From a virus, in the IMG/VR virus record IMGVR_UViG_3300045988_101308, positions 60,792-124,791 of that record: a DNA stretch of 64,000 nt; one strand, written 5' to 3'. Within the stretch, counting starts at the first letter, position 1. Each line of letters begins with the position of its first letter. The translations under genes and the position numbers were made by a program. This document shows, piece after piece, positions 17,475 through 28,990 of this stretch. Below the pieces are notes generated by a model, which saw nothing but the letters and a program-made list of their open reading frames with translations, was not told the DNA's origin and ran no database searches.

Positions 17475-17990
17475 ATGAAAAAGATAAAAGTAGACAAAGT
17501 GATATTATATTACATGGATCGGGTAGACCCTGACGGGAACCTATACCGGTTCTATGTATATAAAGGCATGGCATCTGAAATAGAATACTTTTGCACGGAA
17601 AAGGCAGGCAATATGACTATACCAATCGGAGAAGGAGAGTATGTCAAGATTGTACCAAAAGAAATAGAGAAAATACCAGTAAGGGGATATAGGAAGCTTA
17701 CTGGAATATGGAATCGTGAAACATGTAACGGGAAGGGATGGTATAGGCTTTTTAATTATTTCAAATACAAGCCGACCCTATGTTATTTTAAAAAAGCGGG
17801 ACATGGTGAAAATGGGAACACAAGATACGAAATATCATTATTTAACAACATTATAAATGTGACAAGATATTTTAATCTGTGGAGAATGAAGCCAGGAAAG
17901 TATGCTATGGTAACAAACGAGTGTGGCGCCTTGGATGTTATAAAAGAAAAATTTGACAACATAAATATAGTGGAATATGGATCTGAATGA
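17475..17990 (+). CDS. hypothetical protein (171 aa)
   Basis: Plus-strand tiling ORF overlapping the upstream stop; no motif. Confidence 0.45.
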   Translation: MKKIKVDKVILYYMDRVDPDGNLYRFYVYKGMASEIEYFCTEKAGNMTIPIGEGEYVKIVPKEIEKIPVRGYRKLTGIWNRETCNGKGWYRLFNYFKYKPTLCYFKKAGHGENGNTRYEISLFNNIINVTRYFNLWRMKPGKYAMVTNECGALDVIKEKFDNINIVEYGSE

Positions 17991-19706
17991 ATTGTACAAA
18001 GAAATAGAAAAAGCAGAGGTTGATCTGAATGCAAAAAGATTAAAGTACATCAAAGAGGCATTAGTGGAGAACGGTGGAAGTATAAAGCTAAAATTCAAAG
18101 AATTTAAAGAGTTTAAAGAAACTAATGATGCGTTTGACTTCGATGATCAGTTTCCGGTGATAATAGAAATTGCTGGGATTCCTATGTATTTAACGGAAGT
18201 GTATGTCAAAAAAAACGATTTTCGTATAGTTCTGCTGGATTATGATGATATGACTTTAGGTGATTATGATAATACAGGGGAAAATGAACAGGTTGCTTAT
18301 TTTATTAACTATTGTTTAAATCAAGACAAAGATGGGAAAGAGTAGAAAAGATTATGAGAAGTTTCTTAACTCCATATCTCCAGATAGAGACGATGAAGCA
18401 TGGGTTATTGGAGGAAAGAACAGGTATTGCGGTAGAGAGAATTATGGCACTATGATCAAAAGGTATGATCCTATTGGTTTTAATGTAGGGTACAGGGAGT
18501 GGGTAGAACAGCCAGGGTAAGGCGACGCCTGCCCTGCCATGAGGTCGGCCTGGCTGTTCGTGACCAGGACCGTACATTAGTCAGATAGTGAACAGCGAAA
18601 ACAATGCATAAAATGGGAAACGAATTAAAACTTAACAGCGCAGAAGAAGCAGAAGTAGTCTTAATAAGATTAACTCCAGAAGAGTATCCTATTGCGTACG
18701 CAAATAAGGTGAAATGTTTAATGCTTTCAGGTCTTAGCAAGAAAGAAGCTGAGAGGATGGCGATGGAGCCAATAGATCTTGAACTGTATTATGAAGTAGG
18801 TGTAGGACTGATGGCGGTAGAACCTGGAGCGGTGGAAGCCGGAACAATATACAGTCCATATTCAGGGGAATTATATGACAATTCAAAAATTTAATGAGGT
18901 AATTATATACCTAAAATAATAGCTTATGACATTCAAAGAATTTATGAAAGAAGTGGGCTATAACCTAATGACTACCTTTTGGGAAGATTTCAGCATAGCC
19001 GACAAGTATGGTATAGCAGGTGTCAAGGATACCTACAGACGTGCGTTTAATGAATGGAAAGATGATTATAAGTTTTTCACGGAATTAACGCTTGTATTGA
19101 ATCATAAAATCTGGCAGCATTATGAAGGTGATCGCGAACTGGCTGCATTGTATGACCGGTTGTGGCGAGAAGCTGACGAGTATGCCATGAACAACTTTAA
19201 GGGAGAAGAACTTGATTATTATTACAGAATAACAGATTAAAAGTGGTTATGAAAAATACGATAGTAACAGGTAGCCTAATTGTATTCAGTGACGGATTTG
19301 TTTGGAAAAGATTGTCCAACGAAAAAGCCTATAAGATATGGGTGTCGGCAGAAAATGAAGATTTTGAGTTATACAAGATAAGAATAGATGATGAGTCTGA
19401 GTCATTGATAGAGAGTCTTGAAGACTTGCAGGATGCCTTTAAACAAGGTCATTATGTATGTATAGAAGTAGGCAAGCTACCATATAGCATAGATTTGAAT
19501 TATTTACGAAATCTGCAAGAGATGTCGGTGATAGCCGTGGATGATCTAATGGGATTAAAAGAATGTAGCAGGGAAGAGGCATTTGCCATCATTCAAGAGT
19601 GGGCTAAAGAGTTTACAGAGAAATATGGGGATTTTGATGGCTCATACTATGATGTAATAGATGAATTTATCGAAGAAAAATTAAGAACTATTTAAAATAT
19701 AAAGAC

Positions 19707-20516
19707 ATGGAAGACGATCTTATTACAACAAAAGAAGTAGGCGATTATCGCATTAAAGTGTATTATTGCCATGATTCAGAATGCCCTATAACTAATTGGG
19801 GTTTGTTTGGGTCATTCTTTTTTGAATACTCTGATATGCATCGATTGCATGATGAATGCAATTGGAAAACTTTCTTCTACGATAACAAGCATAATCTTAG
19901 AGATGTTATTGATGCTATTGTAATGAAGCATATAGAACAGAAAGACATTGTAAAATATTTAAAGAAAGGGGAAGCGAATGGGATCTCATTCACATACAAC
20001 AGAGGTAGCAATGTATGGGAGTTGAAGCATAAGACAAGTCCATATATAGGTCAAGAGTTTTTTCCAAGTGATTTGACGGACTTTGATTGCAGAGGGGAAT
20101 TAATAGAGGATCTGGATGACGAAGATTTGTTAGATATCATATCCAAATATGGAAAAGATGTGGTGGCTATAGAGTGGTCAACAAGGGGTTATAGTCAAGG
20201 TGATTATATAAAAGGGATAGCATACGTTACAAAAGAAAAATATGATAATGAAGTCTGCGATAAGGAAGGAGACTGGAAAGAAGATTGTGCCAAAATTATA
20301 GATAATGAAGTAAAGTCCATAGGTATGTGGATGTGGGGAGATGTAAAAGGGTACGTTCTTGAAAAGAAGGTAGCATTTACCAAGAAATACAAAGACGAAT
20401 CAAGAGAGGATGAAGATTGTGAAGAATGGGAAGAGGTTGATTCTTGCTGGGGATGTTACGAGGAGACAGATGAATTGATAAAGGAAGTTATGATAGAGAA
20501 TGATTTAGAAGAATAG
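19707..20516 (+). CDS. hypothetical protein (269 aa) with acidic, Cys-containing C-terminus
   Basis: EDCEEWEEVDSCWGCYEE; no enzymatic motif. Confidence 0.45.
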   Translation: MEDDLITTKEVGDYRIKVYYCHDSECPITNWGLFGSFFFEYSDMHRLHDECNWKTFFYDNKHNLRDVIDAIVMKHIEQKDIVKYLKKGEANGISFTYNRGSNVWELKHKTSPYIGQEFFPSDLTDFDCRGELIEDLDDEDLLDIISKYGKDVVAIEWSTRGYSQGDYIKGIAYVTKEKYDNEVCDKEGDWKEDCAKIIDNEVKSIGMWMWGDVKGYVLEKKVAFTKKYKDESREDEDCEEWEEVDSCWGCYEETDELIKEVMIENDLEE

Positions 20517-22066
20517 GTTATAATGGCTGATAGTGACGGACGCCACAGGAGACAGGTGGGAAAGTGCGAAGAGCTCCGGTTCAGGGGAGACGGGGCCTGC
20601 TTTGCGTGGCGTAAGGCTACAGTAGATGAAATTGTTGAACATTTTAAAAACAGATAATTATGGGATATATATGTACAAGATGTGGTGGAACAAATGTTGC
20701 TTGTGAAGCCATAGTAAATCCGAATACCGGAAAAATAATAGATTATTTTGATGGATCTTTTATGCATGCTATTTGCTCGAATTGTGAAAACGAGGTGATA
20801 ATATCCAACATTGAAGAAGTCAAACATGAAATTGATTTAAGGTTTCATGAATTTGTAGAAAGAACAGGGAAGGAGCCTGAATACGTAGAATGTCAGATTG
20901 TACGGAAAGAGACAGGAGATGAACAAAGAAAGACAATGAAACTATCATTGAACATCAACGATGATGACAATGATGATGTTTTTTGTTACTGCAATGGGAT
21001 AGAATCGTTTAAGCAACTTGCTGAATACGGAATGGGAGAATTTATCGTAACATTTTGTTGGAGTTTCTTTTAAGAAACATATTTAGTTATCATTTTTAAT
21101 AACATATCTTATGAAAACACAAGAAGAATATGCCCGTGAAATTGACGAAATCGTTCGTCGGGATGTGGAGAGTTGCCAGAGTGACTGGTTTAAAATCGAC
21201 AAGGAGATATTTATGCAACCGAAAAACAAGAATAAGATATTTATTCTTGGAACCAGAAAGACCGGATGTGATTTAATAATACTGGGTGGCACTAATTGTG
21301 ATGAAGGTAGTATGGATTGGCTTTTTGGGAGTCTTGGCAATGAAAACTTCTATGTATGTCAACCGTTATCTTTCTACAAATCACAGCGGGAAATCCAGAA
21401 AGTAAATCCGCTGTATGCTTTTAAAGTGGCCACTGCTTATTTTAGAGAACAAGGGATGATTCCGGTATTTGAAGATGCAAATTGCAGACTAATGAAGATA
21501 TAAAATGAAAGAATTTGATAAATATATAACCATATCATTTAAATATGGTGGGTGTAAACATAATTACAAAATAGATAAAAAAGAGATTGAAATACATGAA
21601 GACAATAATGTCTGGTTCTCTTATTTTGATTTCGGAAAATATCATTTTGAGGTATGGGGTGGGTTAGATGAGGATAATAATCCCATCACTGGAGGAGAAT
21701 CAAAAAATGGTTTCTGTTCGCCTTTTGCAGTTAATGTATATATCATAGAAAACGACGAAGGTGTACAGGTTGCTCAAATTGATGATGTGGATATAATAGA
21801 ATGCGTATAAACGAAGGTGGTATGATAGAAATAATAAGATACAGGCTTCCGATTTATTGGGCTTGCGCTCTGATAAACGGTGATTATTCAGGACTGTCTG
21901 AAGAAGAAATACAGGAAATAGATGCTTTTTTGAAAAAAGCAGAAGGTTATCCGGTAGATGTAGATTTGGAAACACAAGGGTTTTACCGTTGTAATGACGC
22001 AGGAACACTTCCCGGAGAGTGTGCAGATTTTATTTTTCATAAGTGTAATGATTAAACTAAAATAAT

Positions 22067-22963
22067 ATGGAAACTGCAAACAAACTAACTTATTTAAGTA
22101 CAAAATTCTTTACAGAAAACAAAGAAGAATACAGAATAACAGTCACAGTATCTTTAGATGATGATTGTCATAACAATATGTGTGACTGGAGAGTAACAGC
22201 CGATGTTAGATGGAAAAATCAACGTGGACAATACAAGGAGTATATGGGAGGCTGCTGTCACGATGAAGTTGCAAAACATTTTCCGGAATTGGCAAAATTC
22301 ATATCGTTGCATCTTTGTAACCATTATGGTGCTCCTATGTATCCGGTGGAAAATGACATATATCACGTTAGAAGAAGTGGCATGTCTGTAGCAATGGAGT
22401 ATTTGCGTATATCAGAACAAGAATGCGCAGAATTATATAAAGCCTCTGAGGATGAGTTGTATTTCAAGTATCAGCTTTTCAATCTTGGGATTGTGGATAG
22501 ATGGAAAAGAGAATCAGAAGAGCTTATTGCGGAACTTGAAAAATTGTGTGGAAAGAAGTGGGTTAATCCATATAAGCCGGAAGAAGAAAGATTTGTTTTA
22601 ACACTAACGGACGAGGAACGATCTCTTATTGAAGAGCGTATTAAAGCCGGGCATTATTCCTCAGAAAATATAGAGAAACGCAGAGTGGAAGCCCATAAAG
22701 CAAAGATGGCGGCAAAACGTGCTGAAATTTGTGAGCGATACGATAAAAAAATCAGACAAGCAGAAGCAGAAAAGAAGATAATACTCTGTGTGTTTGATTA
22801 TGGATTGCCAATTAATAATGTTATATATTATCCTCACACGAACACTTTATTTTTCAACTGGAACGATTATGGAGGAAAAATCACACAGGAAGAGTTTGAT
22901 GATTTTGTGAATAACGTAGACCGCTCTCAGTTGCCGGAAGGCATCAAGTTTGAACTTAAATAA
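22067..22963 (+). CDS. hypothetical protein (298 aa) with a Cys/His cluster
   Basis: DDDCHNNMCDW ... GGCCHDEVAKHF ... HLCNHYG suggests possible metal binding. Confidence 0.45.
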   Translation: METANKLTYLSTKFFTENKEEYRITVTVSLDDDCHNNMCDWRVTADVRWKNQRGQYKEYMGGCCHDEVAKHFPELAKFISLHLCNHYGAPMYPVENDIYHVRRSGMSVAMEYLRISEQECAELYKASEDELYFKYQLFNLGIVDRWKRESEELIAELEKLCGKKWVNPYKPEEERFVLTLTDEERSLIEERIKAGHYSSENIEKRRVEAHKAKMAAKRAEICERYDKKIRQAEAEKKIILCVFDYGLPINNVIYYPHTNTLFFNWNDYGGKITQEEFDDFVNNVDRSQLPEGIKFELK

Positions 22964-23274
22964 TACAGGATATGGAAAGGTTGGATTTTGAAACGTTACT
23001 TCGTGTCGTAATATGGGATTACAACCGTTGTTTTAAAGATGAATCGTTGGACAAGGATTTGTTCATAGAAAAATACGGGAAAGTTATGGGAGAACATTAT
23101 TACAATAAGTTTGTCCATGAGTTTAACGGGAATATCCTGAAGATGATTGGTTACTTCAGAGGTTCCGAAAAAGAGGGGCAAATTTTCTGCGATATGATAA
23201 CCGAACGTATTGAAAAATACGAAAAAAGAATGTCATATGATAAAGGTAAGTTGAACAATTAAAAAGATATTTAT

Positions 23275-24339
23275 ATGAACAATTTAATGGTCGCTCACTT
23301 GTGGGCTCATGAACAAGAAGAATCAGCGAATGGTAGTAACTTCTATTTTGAAGGTGAAAGTATTTACTCCTATGGAAGACATTTTGAAATCGGAAGAATC
23401 GTACGGAACAAGCGTGGAGAAAAGGCGTATTTGATTAATGATACATACTATTCTTCTACTACAAGCAAGCATCAATATTATGTTCGTGAAGCAATACCAA
23501 CTGGCTCAAAGGTGTTCTATGTTGAATGTAATATATCATATTGTATCGGTAACATGCTCTTTGTTACCAATATGTTGGAATCCATTAAAGATGCTATTGA
23601 AAAATACAAGAAAGCCAGAACCGAATTGTCTTATCGGGATGTTTGGGGGAATTTTAAAAATATTATGGATTATATTGAGTTCTTTGATATGGAAACTCCC
23701 CAACGTCTTCTTAAAAAGAGCGCAAACGAATGGCTTGGAACTAACCATGAATTATCATATAAATCAGATAAGATTAAACGTGAGCATGTCCGTGAATTGA
23801 AACGTGTTTTCCAGATCTTGTTGAATCATCAAGCACTGGAAGTCCTTGGAACCGTTAATGTGATTGTAGATGAAGTTTGCGGGGAAGGTACATGGATTAA
23901 GTATTCAGAAAGATCTGAAAGATGGAGAAAGGGTGAGGAAGAAAGAGAAAGAATAAAATTAGAGAGATTAAGAAAGGAAGAAGAAGCCCGTTACAAGGAT
24001 TTTGATGAAAAACTGGAAGAGTGGAAGTCAGGAGAAATCAATTTCTTGAATACACCTTTCTATATTCCTGATGAAAAACCTAACGCCTGGATCCGTATAA
24101 AAGGAAATATTATTGAGACAAGTAAACAGATAAAGATTGGAATAGCAGAAGCCAAAAAACTGTGGCGGGCTGTGTCGGCAATGCACCGGGGCGCCGAGTT
24201 TCGGCACGGTCTGGTGGAGGACGTCACCGGTAACCAGTGGAGTCTAAATCGGTACGAAAACGATTTGCTAACCGCTGGATGTCATAGGATAGAATATAAC
24301 GAAATGGAGAGAATAGCAAAACAACTGGGATGGGTTTAA
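23275..24339 (+). CDS. hypothetical protein (354 aa)
   Basis: Long ORF; C-terminal half E/K/R-rich. Contains a GC-rich codon patch at 24170-24250. Confidence 0.5.
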   Translation: MNNLMVAHLWAHEQEESANGSNFYFEGESIYSYGRHFEIGRIVRNKRGEKAYLINDTYYSSTTSKHQYYVREAIPTGSKVFYVECNISYCIGNMLFVTNMLESIKDAIEKYKKARTELSYRDVWGNFKNIMDYIEFFDMETPQRLLKKSANEWLGTNHELSYKSDKIKREHVRELKRVFQILLNHQALEVLGTVNVIVDEVCGEGTWIKYSERSERWRKGEEERERIKLERLRKEEEARYKDFDEKLEEWKSGEINFLNTPFYIPDEKPNAWIRIKGNIIETSKQIKIGIAEAKKLWRAVSAMHRGAEFRHGLVEDVTGNQWSLNRYENDLLTAGCHRIEYNEMERIAKQLGWV

Positions 24340-24379
24340 GTAACCCATCTTATTTTATAACAATTAAAAACGAAAAGAT

Positions 24380-25123
24380 ATGGGAAATCCAATTGTTGTT
24401 CCGTTTGATTTAAATACGGCGAGAAAAATTAAAAGCGGAGAAATAGAAGGTTCGGTATTAATTAATGATATTGAAATAGAATTTGTATATGAGTCGAAAA
24501 ACTGTGCAAGTCCTTATAATTTGCTTTTTGTAAAAAAAGATGGATATGGAATAAGCGCTATATATGCTAACACAGAAGGTTGTACTTTTGCTGACGCCAC
24601 TCTGGAATTGAGGGTAGAGGCTGGAGCGTATTTCAAGAAAGGAGATATATTAATAAGCACGCTTGGGAACCCATTTATATATAATGGTATTATTAATAGA
24701 GAAGGAGATATGGGATGCATATATGGCATATCGGCATATGGCGAGATTATATCTGAAGAAGTTCCAATATGGACAAGTGTGTGTAGTGAGGATAAATCCA
24801 AGTATGTTAGATTAGCCACAGAGGAAGAGAAAAAATCTTTTGCTGAAAGAATTGCTAATACAGAAAACCTTAAAAAAGCAGGAATAATAAAACAATATCT
24901 AAGTAAGTACGAATATTTACTTGACGAACAAAAGAAATGCGATTTTAAGCCATTCGATCAAGTCTTGGTGAGAGCGAGCAATTTGGGAAATTGGAATCTA
25001 CACTTATTTGCCAGAGTAAGAGAAGAAGAATATAAATATGAATGCTTGGGAGGTTTGAGATACAAAGAGTGTATCCCATACCAAGGAAATGAGCATCTTT
25101 TAGGAACTAATAAAAGCAAATAA
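24380..25123 (+). CDS. hypothetical protein, tandem paralog A (247 aa)
   Basis: Shares N-terminal VPFDLNTARKIK and C-terminal YECLGGLRYKECIPYQGNEHLLGT with 25128..25862. Confidence 0.5.
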   Translation: MGNPIVVPFDLNTARKIKSGEIEGSVLINDIEIEFVYESKNCASPYNLLFVKKDGYGISAIYANTEGCTFADATLELRVEAGAYFKKGDILISTLGNPFIYNGIINREGDMGCIYGISAYGEIISEEVPIWTSVCSEDKSKYVRLATEEEKKSFAERIANTENLKKAGIIKQYLSKYEYLLDEQKKCDFKPFDQVLVRASNLGNWNLHLFARVREEEYKYECLGGLRYKECIPYQGNEHLLGTNKSK

Positions 25124-25127
25124 GATC

Positions 25128-25862
25128 ATGGAACAGAGAACAGCAACAATTCCGTTTGATTTAGAAACGGCGAAAAGAATAAACATAGGGGGAATAGTAG
25201 GTCGGATTGTGACAGAGAAAGGACGAAATAGAGCAGAAATAGTATATGAAGACAATTCGTCAAGTTGTCCGTTATTGGTTGTAATTCATTCGATTACTGT
25301 ATCAGCGGATTGGTTTTCTGCTACAGGAAAAGCACTTAGCAGCGAAAATCGCCTCCTTCTTGAAGTTCCAGAATATATTACATTTAAAGATGGAGAGGTG
25401 TTAAGCAACGAAGATGGAAGTTTTATTTTTATTTTAAATATACATGGGAAATATTTAACATCTTTTTATGCGAGTCTTGCAGCGGGAGTAGGTCTTAATA
25501 TATCGGATAATTTTTCTGCATGTAATAACGAAATAGAACGCTATAGACTTGCAACAGATTCGGAAAAACAGAGGATGATTAAAGCGTTAAAGAAAAGCAA
25601 AAATCCTAAAGCAAAAGAATATCTAAAACGCTTCTTCGGAATTGAAGAAAGGCCGAAATATAAGTTTAAGCCGTTTGACAAAGTGTTAGCAAAATATTAT
25701 GAGGACGATAATTGGGAGGCCAGTTTATTCATAAGAACAATTACAGACGATCAGGATGGGGAGACTAAATATGAATGCTTGAATGGAACAGTGTATGTTT
25801 ATTGCATTCCTTTTGAGGGCAATGAATATCTTTTAGGAACTGCTGAAAATCCAGAAAAATGA
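25128..25862 (+). CDS. hypothetical protein, tandem paralog B (244 aa)
   Basis: IPFDLETAKRIN ... YECLNGTVYVYCIPFEGNEYLLGT; paralog of the preceding gene. Confidence 0.5.
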   Translation: MEQRTATIPFDLETAKRINIGGIVGRIVTEKGRNRAEIVYEDNSSSCPLLVVIHSITVSADWFSATGKALSSENRLLLEVPEYITFKDGEVLSNEDGSFIFILNIHGKYLTSFYASLAAGVGLNISDNFSACNNEIERYRLATDSEKQRMIKALKKSKNPKAKEYLKRFFGIEERPKYKFKPFDKVLAKYYEDDNWEASLFIRTITDDQDGETKYECLNGTVYVYCIPFEGNEYLLGTAENPEK

Positions 25863-26055
25863 AAACGGTAAAGTTATCTGATTTTTCTCCTTATGACAAA
25901 AACAAAGGAGGAATACAAGAATTGCATCATAAAATTGAGCCTAAAACACTTCAGTATTGGGGCGAAGATAGTGGTATTCTGATCGGCATCACTCCGATAT
26001 ATAAGAGACATTTGTGGAGCGAAGAAGTAAATGTTATAAATGATAAACAATAAAT

Positions 26056-26355
26056 ATGAAAACAAGAACATACAAAGGGGTGCAGCATGGAGACTGGGTG
26101 AGATGTACTCAATGTGGAGCACAAATGCTTCTTCCACGTGGAGCTGACCAATGTCCAGAATGTTATGGATACGACACGTTGGTGTGGGTAGATGAAGATA
26201 GGCAAGAAATGGACACTAAGCATCTGGATTGCCTTGCTCCAATGCGCAAATTGGAGCTACAAGAATATTTGTCTCAAGATGTTTTGGCGATAGAGCATAG
26301 CGAATATTATAAACAATTGATAGGGGAGGATGAATGGTGTGAAGAAGAAATATAA
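26056..26355 (+). CDS. zinc-ribbon protein (99 aa)
   Basis: CTQCGAQM ... CPECYGYD matches a CxxC...CxxC ribbon. Confidence 0.45.
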   Translation: MKTRTYKGVQHGDWVRCTQCGAQMLLPRGADQCPECYGYDTLVWVDEDRQEMDTKHLDCLAPMRKLELQEYLSQDVLAIEHSEYYKQLIGEDEWCEEEI

Positions 26356-26662
26356 TAAAGAGTATCATTATTAAAACAATAGAGAAATTATGAACGAGGA
26401 TATTTTAAGCAATATGTTTGGGTGTGATACATATTGCATATGTGACAGTTCTTCAAATAGGTACTGTTTTATTGGGCCTATTGAATGTAACGGGAAGTTA
26501 ATAGAAGAGTTTAGGAAGGGAATAATAGTAAAATTGAAATATGTGGAAAAGAGGGTTCTGGATACATTCAAAGAAAATGGGGTTGATCTGGATAACTATA
26601 CCCACTGTGTTATAGTAAAGCGGAATTTTTATCTCGCTTGGTGACAGTAAAATACAAACAAT

Positions 26663-27325
26663 ATGAACAATTTTATAATAGATACTCCAGATAATTTCTG
26701 GCAAATAAGATGGCTTGACAAATATATGGAAGGTCACAAGGGGTTCATAGCTGGTGGATGTTTTAAGAATATCCTTTCCGGAGAAAAAGTAAAAGATATT
26801 GATATTTTCTTTGAAAGCGAAGACGATTTTCAGGAAGCTGTTGATTTGTTCAATGATGAAAAACATCAGAAAGAAGGATGGAAATTTAAGTACAGGAATG
26901 AGAAGGTATGTGCGTTCCATAAAGAGGGAGAAAGGGTATGGATAGAGTTCATAGAGTCAGAGTTCGGAAAGCCTGAAGAGATTCTCAGGAGCTTCGACTT
27001 TACTGTGGCAAAAATGGCTTACTACAAGGAGCCTAAATACGAAGAAGAGGAAGATGATTATTTTCCATTCTCATCTGCAAGTATAGTAGCATACGAGTAC
27101 AAACTACTCTACCATGAGAAATTCTTTGAACATCTTCATATGAAGAGGCTGGTCATTGATGAAAATATTCCTTTTCCAGTAAGCACATGGGAACGCTCAT
27201 ATCGGTATAAAGGATATGGTTACAATATGTGCCGGGAGACAAAGAAAAAACTTCTACAGGCTCTTAAAGGTGTAAACGTAGAGGAGGAAGATGTATCTTT
27301 GTACACTACTGGAGGATGGGATTAA
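26663..27325 (+). CDS. minimal Pol-beta-superfamily nucleotidyltransferase of the tRNA CCA-adding / poly(A) polymerase class II head-domain type (220 aa)
   Basis: FIAGGCFKNILSGEKVKDIDIFF matches GGxVRDxLLGxxxKDxD. RSFDFTVAKMAY matches the RRDFTINAMA motif. Too short to contain a full neck/body region. Confidence 0.65.
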   Translation: MNNFIIDTPDNFWQIRWLDKYMEGHKGFIAGGCFKNILSGEKVKDIDIFFESEDDFQEAVDLFNDEKHQKEGWKFKYRNEKVCAFHKEGERVWIEFIESEFGKPEEILRSFDFTVAKMAYYKEPKYEEEEDDYFPFSSASIVAYEYKLLYHEKFFEHLHMKRLVIDENIPFPVSTWERSYRYKGYGYNMCRETKKKLLQALKGVNVEEEDVSLYTTGGWD

Positions 27326-27794
27326 CCTATAAAACAAAATTGCTTATGAAAACATTAGAACAACTTAAAGAATTAACATCAAAATGTTTAGACGGTAGAG
27401 ATTTTAACAGACTGGCTAAATTTATCCCATATAACATGATAAAGGATTTCGGTATGGAGCCGAACGAAGAATACAATAACGAAGAAAGGTGGAACAGTAC
27501 TGTAGTTGAATTTACCAGGGAGAATGTTTTGAAACAGCTTGAAGAAGACGTAAGATTCGGTTTTGAAAAGGCATTAAATCAGAGAGGAATATCAGCCAGT
27601 TTGATGTTTGAATGTGTGATGATGTGGAACTACATTCTGGAAGAAGGTCTTGAAGGCTGGGGTGAGGATGATTATGCATTTTATGGACTCCCTCTATTTA
27701 AAGCTACGGCTGTAAAATATGGATGGGACAATCCGATAGGGGAAGACAGCGGGAGAGAAAGAAAATATGATTCACAATATTAAATCGGTATATT

Positions 27795-28649
27795 ATGAGC
27801 ACAAGTAAAGAATACAAGGCAGTAAGGAACTATATATTAAATGAACTTCACCTTACCAAAGAAGATATAATCAAAAACATAGAGCTGTTATTAGAGAAAC
27901 ACGTAAAACGGTACATGGTTAATACATATGGAGGTGACAACCAGATAGAAAACTGGATCAGATGCATGGTGAATGATGAACTCAAACAAAGAGATCATGA
28001 TTTTGTAAGAAGAGCGTGCGAGAATGTCATCAGGAATCATGTATTAAATGAATTGAATATAATCGTAAGATCCAAAAGTGAGAAATGTACATGTGAAAAC
28101 AGAGTACCATCCGAAGAGGATAAGAAAGAGTCAACTGACGGACTGTATATAATCTACGAAGACGGACATGCAGAGCCGTTTACCGGCGATAACTCCAAAG
28201 ATTGTGTACGATACATCGGGTTGAAGCACAGATACATGTCATTTGCAATCTCACTGACGGAGCATGATATCGTACAATTGCTTGACGATGATAGCCGTGA
28301 AGAATCCGGAAGTGGGACATATTACGAACGTGAATGTGATGCGCTGTTTGACATTGACGGACGCGGCAATACGGAACGCCTTGTAGCCAGAAATCCAAAA
28401 TTGAGAAATCTGCTGGAAGATGGCGAGTATATACCATCTCTTGGTCAATTAAATTTAATGGCCCATTATATGAACGAACTAAACAAAGCATTCGCTTATG
28501 TTTCGGCATCTCCCCTCTCCTCGACGTGGTATTGGTCCAGTACTGAGAGCAGCCAGGCCGTCGCGTGGTACGTGGTCTTCTCCAGTGGCCTCACGGGCAC
28601 TGGCAACAAGCACATCGGAGACATGGTTCGGGCGGTAATTGATTTTTAA
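27795..28649 (+). CDS. hypothetical protein (284 aa)
   Basis: Long ORF. C-terminal 45 codons form a GC-rich patch (28500-28640). Confidence 0.45.
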   Translation: MSTSKEYKAVRNYILNELHLTKEDIIKNIELLLEKHVKRYMVNTYGGDNQIENWIRCMVNDELKQRDHDFVRRACENVIRNHVLNELNIIVRSKSEKCTCENRVPSEEDKKESTDGLYIIYEDGHAEPFTGDNSKDCVRYIGLKHRYMSFAISLTEHDIVQLLDDDSREESGSGTYYERECDALFDIDGRGNTERLVARNPKLRNLLEDGEYIPSLGQLNLMAHYMNELNKAFAYVSASPLSSTWYWSSTESSQAVAWYVVFSSGLTGTGNKHIGDMVRAVIDF

Positions 28650-28990
28650 AAGGATTACAATGATAACATCAAGGTGATTATACACCACTTTACGCAAAAA
28701 AGCGTAAAACAATATACATTTGTATGAAACTTCATACTGGGTATCACCAATACCCTCTACCGGTTGCTCGAAAGTGAGATCACCGGATTCTTTTACTAAA
28801 CAAAACGTTTTTGATTTTACTTACCCAACGAATATTTTTTTAGGGTAAAACCTTATATCAAAGACCTCTTTTACCCAACCGTCTTGTCCGAAACAAGGGA
28901 CTATATGATTCGATTGAGTAAAACAAAGTTAGAGAAGAAAAATATGAAATTAAATAACATCCGTATGTTTTATAACATAGCCAGTATAAA

